Shown: piece by piece, positions 29,236-36,818 of the stretch
Position numbering within the stretch: the first letter of the stretch is position 1
Layout: each line of letters begins with the position of its first letter
Assembly (NCBI GenBank): GCA_038245295.1
Contig: JBBRSP010000014.1
Coordinates: 64,001-128,000, forward strand
DNA length: 64,000 nucleotides
Direction: 5' to 3'
Source: Candidatus Binatia bacterium
GTDB taxonomy: Bacteria > Desulfobacterota > Binatia > HRBIN30
Program-made: the position numbers and the translations under genes
The notes under the pieces: generated by a model
What the model saw: the letters and a program-made list of their open reading frames with translations, nothing else
Database searches by the model: none
Told to the model about the DNA's origin: nothing

Positions 29236-30177
29236 ATGACGGACTCGCCAACGGCAATCAGCGTAGACAACCTGACGCATCGTTATGCCGAGCGGGTTGC
29301 CCTCGACAACGTTTCCTTCAAGGTTCGCCGCGGTGAAATGTTCGGCCTGCTCGGGCCGAACGGCGGCGGCAAGACAACCCTCTTCAAGATCCTATCGACC
29401 CTGATGATGGCCAGCTCCGGTGAGGCTCAGATTCTCGACGCGCCGTTGTCGCAGCCGGCGCGTGTGCGCGAGCATCTTGGCGTCGTGTTCCAACAACCGA
29501 GCATCGACGGCAAACTCACCGTGCGCGAGAACTTGTGGTGCCATGGATACCTTTACGGACTCCAGGGCGCCGAGCTGAAGCGGCGCAGCGCGCTGCTGCT
29601 GACGCAGCTTGGGTTGAGCGATCGCGTCGACGACATGGTTGACACCCTGTCGGGCGGCCTGCAACGCCGCGCCGAGCTGGCCAAGTCACTGCTGCATCAA
29701 CCACCGGTGCTGTTGCTGGACGAGCCATCGACCGGGCTCGATCCTGGGGCACGGCGCGACTTCATGCACTACCTGCAACGCTTGCGCGATGAGCAAGGCG
29801 TCACGATCGTGCTCACGACTCATTACATGGAAGAGGCGGAGCGCTGCGACCACGTTGCGATCTTGCACCAGGGCAAGTTGGTCAAAGTGGCCAGCCCCGA
29901 AGAGTTGAAGGCCAGCGTTGGTGGCGACATCGTGGCCGTGCAGGCGACCGACCCCGAAGCCCTCGCCGTCAAGATCGAACAACGCTTCGGTTGTACGGTG
30001 CAACGCGTCGACGGGGCGTTGCGCATCGAACGCAAGGCCGGCCATGAGCTGGTACGTGATCTGGTCGATGCGTTTCCCACCGAGATCGTGTCGATCACCT
30101 ACGGCAAACCAACGCTCGAGGATGTATTTATCAGCCTGACCGGCCATCGCTTCTGGGCTGCCGAGGAGAACTCCTGA
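29236..30177 (+). CDS. ABC transporter ATP-binding protein (ABC-2 / DrrA-like)
   Basis: GPNGGGKTT, LSGG, LLLDEPSTGLD, TTHYMEE, PTLEDVF; start at ATG 29236 or 29224. Confidence 0.93.
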   Translation: MTDSPTAISVDNLTHRYAERVALDNVSFKVRRGEMFGLLGPNGGGKTTLFKILSTLMMASSGEAQILDAPLSQPARVREHLGVVFQQPSIDGKLTVRENLWCHGYLYGLQGAELKRRSALLLTQLGLSDRVDDMVDTLSGGLQRRAELAKSLLHQPPVLLLDEPSTGLDPGARRDFMHYLQRLRDEQGVTIVLTTHYMEEAERCDHVAILHQGKLVKVASPEELKASVGGDIVAVQATDPEALAVKIEQRFGCTVQRVDGALRIERKAGHELVRDLVDAFPTEIVSITYGKPTLEDVFISLTGHRFWAAEENS

Positions 30178-30953
30178 TGCCGCGCGTTATGTTGCCGGTC
30201 ATTGCCCTCTGGAAGCGCGAGATGTTGCGCTTCGTACGCCAGCGCAGTCGCATCTTCGGAGCTTTCGCGCAGCCCCTGCTTTTCTGGGTGCTGCTTGGAA
30301 GCGGTTTCAACGCTTCCTTCCGCCCAGCCGGCGCTGGGAGCGGAAGCTCGTACTCAACCTATTTCTATCCCGGCACCATCGCCATGGTGCTGCTGTTCAC
30401 GGCAATCTTCTCGACCATCTCGACTGTCGAAGACCGCAAGGCCGGCTTCCTTCAGGGAGTGTTGGTGTCGCCGGTGCCGCGATGGGCCGTGGTGCTTGGA
30501 CAGGTCATGGGCGGCACCACGCTAGCCGTCGTCCAAGGCATCCTGTTTCTTCTGCTGGCGCCGATCGCCGGAGTGACCCTGACACTCCCGGGTGTCATCC
30601 TGAGTATCATCGTCATGAAGTTGATTGCCCTGGCGCTGACGAGCCTGGGCTTGATCATCGCCTGGCGCATGGAATCTACGCAGGGCTTCCACGCCATCAT
30701 GAATCTGATCTTGTTGCCGATCTGGTTCCTCTCCGGCGCCTTCTTCCCGGCAGCCGGGGCTCCGGCGCCCATGCGCTTGGTGATGAACCTCAACCCGCTC
30801 ACCTACGGTGTCGCGGCGCTGCGCCGCGCCCTTTATTGGGGAACCGACACCGACCTCAGCAACGTCGCGGCGTTTGGACCGTCGGTGGTGATCACGATCA
30901 TCTTCTGCATCGTCACCTTTGCAATCGCCGTACGCACCGCCGAGCGGCGCTGA
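30177..30953 (+). CDS. ABC-2 type permease
   Basis: REMLRF.R, about six TM segments, FLSGAFFP, NPLTYGV..LR; TGATG coupling. Confidence 0.92.
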   Translation: MPRVMLPVIALWKREMLRFVRQRSRIFGAFAQPLLFWVLLGSGFNASFRPAGAGSGSSYSTYFYPGTIAMVLLFTAIFSTISTVEDRKAGFLQGVLVSPVPRWAVVLGQVMGGTTLAVVQGILFLLLAPIAGVTLTLPGVILSIIVMKLIALALTSLGLIIAWRMESTQGFHAIMNLILLPIWFLSGAFFPAAGAPAPMRLVMNLNPLTYGVAALRRALYWGTDTDLSNVAAFGPSVVITIIFCIVTFAIAVRTAERR

Positions 30954-31045
30954 CAACTTTCCAATTCAAACGGCGCTCAGGTGCCGCCGTCAATCCGTCC
31001 ACCGGGCTGAGACGGATGGGTTCTGCTGCGTGTGGCCCTTTGCCT

Positions 31046-32149
31046 TCAAGGTACCGAACGAGGCGGTTGTCCCACAGGTGCGGCCGTGCCCAGTCGCTCA
31101 CGACCGTACGAATTCTCCTGCACGGCAGAACACCAGTCGCGATGCGTGAGGTACCAGGCGATCGTACGCCGTAGGGCGGCGGCAAACTCGAATTGGGGCG
31201 CCCAGCCGAGTTCGGTGCGAATCTTGCGCGCATCGACGGCGTAACGGCGGTCATGTCCTGGGCGATCGCTGACAAAACGCTTCAGCTCGCCGTGCCGGCG
31301 CATACCGCGAGCGCGCAGCGACGTGCTGTCGGGAACGAGGTCATCGAGAATGCCGCACAGTTGATCGACCAGATCAACGTTGCGCAGCTCATTGCCGGCT
31401 CCGATGTTGTACTTCTCACCGAGGCGTCCACGCTGCAGGACCGCCAGGATGCCGAGGCAATGATCCTCGACGTAGAGCCAATCGCGAATGTTGCCGCCGT
31501 CGCCGTAGATCGGCAGATCCTTGGCCTCGAGGGCGTTCAAGACGGTGAGAGGAATGAGCTTTTCGGGGAATTGATACGGACCGAAGTTGTTCGAGCAGTT
31601 GGTGATCAACACCGGCAAGCCGTAGGTCGCGAAGTAGGCACGTGCCAGATGATCTGCCGCCGCCTTGGAGGCCGAGTAGGGCGAGCTTGGCGCATACGGA
31701 GTTGTTTCGCTGAACTCGCCGCTGGCCCCAAGGGATCCGTAGACCTCGTCGGTCGACACGTGCAGGAAGCGACAACTCGCAACCTCGGCCGGATTGTCCT
31801 TCAGATGTTGGCGCGTCGCCTCCAGCAGCTCGAACGTGCCGACGGTGTTCGTCTCGACGAAAGCGCGCGGACCATCGATGGAGCGATCGACGTGTGACTC
31901 GGCGGCGAAGTTGACGATCCACTGTGGGTGGTGTTGCGCGAACAGCTGCCGGAGCAAGGCCGCGTCGGCGATATCGCCTTGGACAAACGTGTAGCGCGGA
32001 TCCGCCGAGACGTCGGCGAGATTGAGCAGATTGCCGGCGTAGGTGAGCTTATCGAGGACGATCACACGCTCGGCGCCTGTGGCCAACAGGAGGCGCACGA
32101 AGTTGCAGCCAATGAAGCCGGCGCCGCCGGTGACCAGGATGGATTGCAT
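31046..32149 (-). CDS. rfbB: dTDP-glucose 4,6-dehydratase
   Basis: TGGAGFIG, DKLTYAGN, AAESHVDRS, HVSTDEVYG, PYSASKA, DRPGHDRRYA. Confidence 0.96.
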   Translation of the reverse strand: MQSILVTGGAGFIGCNFVRLLLATGAERVIVLDKLTYAGNLLNLADVSADPRYTFVQGDIADAALLRQLFAQHHPQWIVNFAAESHVDRSIDGPRAFVETNTVGTFELLEATRQHLKDNPAEVASCRFLHVSTDEVYGSLGASGEFSETTPYAPSSPYSASKAAADHLARAYFATYGLPVLITNCSNNFGPYQFPEKLIPLTVLNALEAKDLPIYGDGGNIRDWLYVEDHCLGILAVLQRGRLGEKYNIGAGNELRNVDLVDQLCGILDDLVPDSTSLRARGMRRHGELKRFVSDRPGHDRRYAVDARKIRTELGWAPQFEFAAALRRTIAWYLTHRDWCSAVQENSYGRERLGTAAPVGQPPRSVP

Positions 32150-32208
32150 CGGTTGGTTAGGTAACGGGAATGGGGGGGGAGGTCCACTGGTTTTGGGGTG
32201 GGGTGCTT

Positions 32209-32271
32209 TTGGGGCCGATAGGAACGATGGGAAGAATGGGAGTCATGGAATTGGCGGGAAGGATGTGGGCT
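32209..32271 (+). repeat. Degenerate 9-bp tandem repeat (ATGGGAAGA-like) on the 3' side of the four-helix-bundle gene
   Basis: ATAGGAACG ATGGGAAGA ATGGGAGTC ATGGAATTG GCGGGAAGG; inverted relative to the repeats at 32863-32892. Confidence 0.7.
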
Positions 32272-32920
32272 ATGGATTGCGGGCGCGGTGGGCTTGGCGG
32301 GCTTTGGTCATGCGTTCGCGTAGGCCTCCTTGTTCTAGAAAATCTTGCTCCAGGCGGCGTAGTTGTTGGTCGATGAGGTAACTGGTCTGATGGATGAGAC
32401 AGATGGCTATGTTAGCCACCACGGCAGGCGGGCGGGTTTCGACGAAGGCGCGGTATAGCTCGTAGGTTTGTGGGGTCTTGCGTCCCAGGGTGCGCACGTA
32501 CTGCGCCTCTTTGGAGTCTTTGTCCCAGATCGGCAGGTCGCGGGCTCGCAAGTAATCTTTGTAGTCGTCGAGCACTTCTTCCAGGCTGGCTCTAGCGACA
32601 TTCGTGAGCTTGAGCTCCATCTCTTTCGATGCTCGGCCGGCTTTGCTGCCCTCGAGGATGTTCTTCTTGCCCGAGCGCGCCGCCTGGATCATCTGGTCGA
32701 TGGTGCGGTCGCCGCGCGACAGGAACTTGTGAGCAAAGCGATAGGTGAGATCGTAGACGACTTCGGCTTTTTGGAAGGACAACAGGGTTTGGTAGTCGCC
32801 GCGCGGTGGCAGGAGGCGAGTCGGCTCATGCGAGGGATGGGAAGGATGCGATGCATGTCCGCCATTCTTCCCCTGCCTCCCATCCTTCCCATTGGTTGCC
32901 GTCGCCACAAAGGCCACCAT
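32270..32920 (-). CDS. Four-helix-bundle protein with suffix domain (23S rRNA IVP / bAvd-like fold family)
   Basis: YQTLLSFQKAEVVYDLT, DRTIDQMIQAARSGKKNILEGS, ELKLTNVARASLEE..DYKDYLR, LEQDFLEQGGLRERMT; start uncertain. Confidence 0.88.
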   Translation of the reverse strand: MVAFVATATNGKDGRQGKNGGHASHPSHPSHEPTRLLPPRGDYQTLLSFQKAEVVYDLTYRFAHKFLSRGDRTIDQMIQAARSGKKNILEGSKAGRASKEMELKLTNVARASLEEVLDDYKDYLRARDLPIWDKDSKEAQYVRTLGRKTPQTYELYRAFVETRPPAVVANIAICLIHQTSYLIDQQLRRLEQDFLEQGGLRERMTKARQAHRARNP

Positions 32921-32967
32921 CCGCAACCGCCGCTGCCAAGCAATGGCTGCATCGCATCGATGCAACC

Positions 32968-33870
32968 TCAGTGCTGGTTCAAACAGCTCTGCGGCAACCC
33001 GAGACGCTTGCACGCATCCGCCGGCGGACTTCCCGGAAGCACCACATAGTCGGCGAGCACTCCGAGTGAGCGGATGATACTGGGCTCGATCGCGCCGAGG
33101 CCGAAGCTGGCATCCAGGCCGAGCCGATCACGTACCCACCCTGGCGTGATCTCGACAGCGGCGCGAATGAGCATCGACTGCACACCGCCGAGCGGCCACG
33201 GAAAGATCGGCGTGCGGTGCAGGATCTCCAGAAATTCGAAAACAATCTCGGAACGCTCGAGCTTTGGACCCATGGCCTGCATCAGCTCATCCATCGCCGC
33301 ACACGAGCTGGGCGCAGCAAGAGCACCATAGAGACGCGCCGCCTGCGAACCTTCCTTATAGAAGGCATCGCGATCGGCAGCGCCGAGCGGACGCACGAAA
33401 CGGCAATACGCTTCGAGAAAGCCGAAGCTGGCGGTTGCCTGGACCCAATCGAGAAGCTCCGGATCATCGGCGCGATAGGCGACGCCGTCGGGCGTCGTGC
33501 CTTGCACACGCGCGTGCATGCGGCCGATGCCGGCGATCATCTTCTCGGCGGTGCGCCGCGGTCCGTAGACGGTGACCATCGCGGCGATGCCGGTGCGTTG
33601 CATGCGCGCCAACGGATCGGTGCGGAAACTGGTGTGATCCCAGACGCCGCTACGGACCCGCGGCTCGGCGAGCTCGAGGATGACGGCGCTTATGCCACCG
33701 ATGAACAAGCCGATGGGGTTCTTGAAAACCTGCCAGGTCACACCGCCCGCCGGTGCCAGCGACTCTTCCCCGGCCGGGCCGCTGAAGTCGATGTCCAAAC
33801 CCTTCGGTGGCGGCGGCATGGCGCGCCGCATGATCTCGCGCAGGCTTGTCGGGATCGGGCCGATGCTCAT
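32968..33870 (-). CDS. Oxygenase MpaB / DUF2236 family protein
   Basis: GGISAVILELAEPRVRSGVWDH.SFR.DP..R..RT, HARVQG, YRADDPELLDWVQAT. Confidence 0.88.
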   Translation of the reverse strand: MSIGPIPTSLREIMRRAMPPPPKGLDIDFSGPAGEESLAPAGGVTWQVFKNPIGLFIGGISAVILELAEPRVRSGVWDHTSFRTDPLARMQRTGIAAMVTVYGPRRTAEKMIAGIGRMHARVQGTTPDGVAYRADDPELLDWVQATASFGFLEAYCRFVRPLGAADRDAFYKEGSQAARLYGALAAPSSCAAMDELMQAMGPKLERSEIVFEFLEILHRTPIFPWPLGGVQSMLIRAAVEITPGWVRDRLGLDASFGLGAIEPSIIRSLGVLADYVVLPGSPPADACKRLGLPQSCLNQH

Positions 33871-33939
33871 TCGGGAAACTCCTTCCACATGGTGCGGCGC
33901 CCATCTAGCTCGGCGACATTCGCGTTAGAAGAGTCCCTT

Positions 33940-34288
33940 GTCGTCCCGGAGAAGACCGGGACCCGGTGCTGGAATCGACACCGCGCGTCAGGCATGGTTT
34001 CCATCACTGGATCCCGGCCTTCGAGACTGTCGATAAACTGAATTGGAGCAACGTCATCCTGGCGAAAGAGACTGTAGGAGAACCAAGGTGGAGCAACGTC
34101 ATCCCGCCGAAGGAGTGTGTCGGTAAAACCAAAATGGAGCGACGTCATCCCGGTGAAAACCGGGATCTCCCCCTGCTGGAAGCCTCGAAAGCTGGCGAGA
34201 TACCGGCTTTCGCCGGTATGACGGAGGTGTTTGAGCAGATTCAAAGGATGAATCAGAGACAATCGACAGTCTCCTTCGCCGGGATGAC
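33940..34288. mobile_element. REP doublet with a MITE (34113-34273) and two stacked 45-bp MITE ends (34023-34067, 34068-34112) inserted in the hairpin loop
   Basis: Host GTCGTCCCGG...GGATCCCGGC-CTTC | insert | CTTC-GCCGGGATGAC (4-bp duplication); imperfect TIRs GAGTGTGTCG / CGACAGTCTC; homologous copy at 45661-45820. Confidence 0.85.
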
Positions 34289-34306
34289 GAACGGGAGGAT
34301 CGCTTA

Positions 34307-35146
34307 ATGAAGCTCGGACTCTTCGGAATCAACGTCGGACCCAACGCCAACCCCGCTACCGCCATGAAAGTCGCCCAGGCCGCCGAGGCTGCCGGCCTCG
34401 AGTCGCTGTGGACCGGCGAGCATGTCGTGTTGCCCGATCCGCAGGCGCCGCCCTCCCCTACGCCACCCGAGACGCCGTTCCTCGACCCGGCGGTTTCCCT
34501 TGCGTTCCTGGCCGGGGGCACCAAGACGATCCGCCTCGGTACCGGCATCATCATCCTGCCGCAGCGTAATCCGGTGGTGCTGGCCAAGGAGATGGCCAGC
34601 GTCGACGTGGTCTCCAACGGTCGTCTGATCTTCGGTGTCGGCATCGGCTACCTGAAGCCGGAGTTCGACGCCATCGGTGCTCCGTTCGAGCACAAGGGTT
34701 CACGCACCGTCGACTTTCTCGGCGCCATGCGCGCTCTCTGGACAATGGAGAAGCCGGCGTACGAGGGTCGGTTCGTGCGCTTCAGCGGCATCCAAGCGTT
34801 CCCACGCCCGGTGCAACAACCGCACCCACCCATCGTCATGGGTGGCCACACTCCGGCGGCGTTTCAACGAGCCGTGCAACACGCCGATGGCTGGTACGGT
34901 TTCGCGTTGAGTCTGGAGACGACCAAGCAGTGCATCGCCGGCCTCGCTGCCGCCGCTGCCAAGCAACCGCGGCCGGCTCACCTGGGCGAGCTTGAGATCA
35001 GCGTTACGCCGGCGGCTAAGCTCGAGGCGGCGACGGTCGACGCTTTTGCCGAGCTTGGTGTGCATCGGCTCATCGTGTCGCGGTGGGCGACGACGGATGC
35101 CGAGGCGCTCGCGGCGGTTGATTACATCGCCAAACTCGCGCGGTAG
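34307..35146 (+). CDS. LLM-class oxidoreductase, putatively F420-dependent (Rv2161c-like)
   Basis: AEAAGLESLWTGEHVVLP, IRLGTGIIILPQRNP, SNGRLIFGVGIGY..EF, PRPVQQPHPPI..GG. Confidence 0.88.
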   Translation: MKLGLFGINVGPNANPATAMKVAQAAEAAGLESLWTGEHVVLPDPQAPPSPTPPETPFLDPAVSLAFLAGGTKTIRLGTGIIILPQRNPVVLAKEMASVDVVSNGRLIFGVGIGYLKPEFDAIGAPFEHKGSRTVDFLGAMRALWTMEKPAYEGRFVRFSGIQAFPRPVQQPHPPIVMGGHTPAAFQRAVQHADGWYGFALSLETTKQCIAGLAAAAAKQPRPAHLGELEISVTPAAKLEAATVDAFAELGVHRLIVSRWATTDAEALAAVDYIAKLAR

Positions 35147-35169
35147 GGGCGGTTCCCGAACCGCCCTAC
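35143..35169. repeat. GTAG-type REP hairpin between convergent genes, containing both stop codons
   Basis: GTAGGGGCGGTT-CCCG-AACCGCCCTAC; TAG at 35144-35146 (+) and 35166-35168 (-). Confidence 0.75.
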
Positions 35170-36719
35170 GCCAGCATTGATGCACAGGCGTCAGCGACAC
35201 GCACGCCATCAAGCGCCGCCGAGACGATCCCACCGGCATACCCCGCCCCTTCACCACATGGGTAGAGACCCGGCACGTCCGGATGTTGCAACGACACGTT
35301 GTCTCGCGGAATCCGCACCGGCGAACTGGTGCGTGTCTCGACGCCAACGACAACGGCTTCCTCGGTGAGGTAGCCGCGCATCATCGAACCGAAGCGTTTC
35401 AGTCCGCCGCGCAGGCGCGTCGCCATCCCCGGCGGCAACAGCTCGTGCAGCGGCGCCGACGTCAGCCCGGGGTGATAGCTGCTCCTGGGCAGTGAACTAG
35501 ACAGTTCACCCGCGACAAAATCAATCAGACGCTGCGCGGGCGCGCGCTGCTGACCACCACCGGCCGTGAATGCCATCGTCTCGAGTGTTCGTTGCAGCTC
35601 GACGCCGGCCATTGCCCCTGTCGCGCCCGCGGGCAGGTCCGCCAACTCGGTGGCAACCACAACTCCCGAGTTGGCGAACGGCGAGTCGCGACGCGATAGG
35701 CTCATACCGTTGACCACAACTTCATCCGGAGCCGTCGCCGACGGGACGATAAACCCGCCTGGGCACATGCAAAACGAAAACACTCCACGCTCGTCGACCG
35801 TCGCCGCAAGCCGATAGCTGGCGGCCGGCAGGCGGCGATCCATGTTGCCGTGATACTGGATCGAATCGATCAGGGGTTGCGGATGTTCGACGCGCACACC
35901 TGCAGCAAAAGCCTTCGCTTCGATGAGAATGCTGCGCTGCTGGAGCAGTGTGAAGATGTCGCGGGCGGAGTGTCCAGTCGCAAGCACAACTGCAGCGCCA
36001 CGAACTTCGTGTCCATCAGCGGTGCTTACACCAATCGCCCTACCGCTAGCATCGATCAGCAGATCGCTCACCCTGACGCCGAAGTGCACCTCGCCGCCGG
36101 CGGCGAGAATGCTTTCGCGCATCGCCGTGACAACCTTGGGAAGTCGATTCGAGCCAATATGCGGATGAGCGTCGATCAAGATGTCCGGCGGCGCACCATG
36201 CGCCACCAACGTCTGCAGAACCGCCTCGACGTTGCCGCGTTTGGTGGCGCGCGTGTAGAGTTTGCCGTCGGAATAGGTCCCGGCACCGCCTTCGCCGAAG
36301 CAATAGTTACTATCGGGATCGACGATGCCCTCGCCCTGCAGTGATGCCAGATCGCGGCGACGTGCCTGTACATCTTTCCCGCGTTCGAGAATGATCGGTT
36401 TGATCCCATGCTCGATGAGTTGCAGGGCGGCAAACATACCGGCCGGCCCACAACCAACGATGACGACCGACCGCGTCGTCGTGACATGTTTGTAGTGCGG
36501 CTGGGGCAACGGCTCGTCCGGGGCCGGTTCGACGATGTAGACGTCGACCTGCAGGCGAATGACCACGCGGGCATGACGCGCATCGACCGAACGCTTGCGG
36601 ATGCGCACAGCACGGATGTCTTCGACGCATCGGCCAAGCAGTCGCGCCGCCTGACGGCGCTGCTCTTCGACATCGTCGGCGTGATCGAGATCGAGCTTGA
36701 GCTCCACACTCAGCGGCAT
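35166..36719 (-). CDS. Uncharacterised FAD-dependent dehydrogenase (COG2509-like)
   Basis: IVGCGPAG, FGEGGAGTYSDGKL, ATGHSARD, SFCMCPGG, ETRTSSPVRI, GEGAGYAGGI. Confidence 0.92.
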   Translation of the reverse strand: MPLSVELKLDLDHADDVEEQRRQAARLLGRCVEDIRAVRIRKRSVDARHARVVIRLQVDVYIVEPAPDEPLPQPHYKHVTTTRSVVIVGCGPAGMFAALQLIEHGIKPIILERGKDVQARRRDLASLQGEGIVDPDSNYCFGEGGAGTYSDGKLYTRATKRGNVEAVLQTLVAHGAPPDILIDAHPHIGSNRLPKVVTAMRESILAAGGEVHFGVRVSDLLIDASGRAIGVSTADGHEVRGAAVVLATGHSARDIFTLLQQRSILIEAKAFAAGVRVEHPQPLIDSIQYHGNMDRRLPAASYRLAATVDERGVFSFCMCPGGFIVPSATAPDEVVVNGMSLSRRDSPFANSGVVVATELADLPAGATGAMAGVELQRTLETMAFTAGGGQQRAPAQRLIDFVAGELSSSLPRSSYHPGLTSAPLHELLPPGMATRLRGGLKRFGSMMRGYLTEEAVVVGVETRTSSPVRIPRDNVSLQHPDVPGLYPCGEGAGYAGGIVSAALDGVRVADACASMLA

Positions 36720-36818
36720 CGCGGCCAGTCTTAACGACACGCGTGGCGCCAAGCCACCTGAGGCGCGTATCGTGAGCAATGAGTCACAGTGTGCCGCCCC
36801 GAGTCACGCCAACCAACC

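Noticed and set aside
32270..32920. Diversity-generating retroelement (Avd-like gene)
   Set aside because: No reverse transcriptase and no TR/VR pair seen in the window
34023..34160. Three 45-bp units as a mini CRISPR array
   Set aside because: The units are homologous along their whole length (element ends), with no unique spacers and no cas genes
33867..34307. ORFs 33867-34262 and 33966-34307 (similar to 45612-45878 and 45642-45995) as a protein family
   Set aside because: The similarity comes from translation of the REP/MITE repeat
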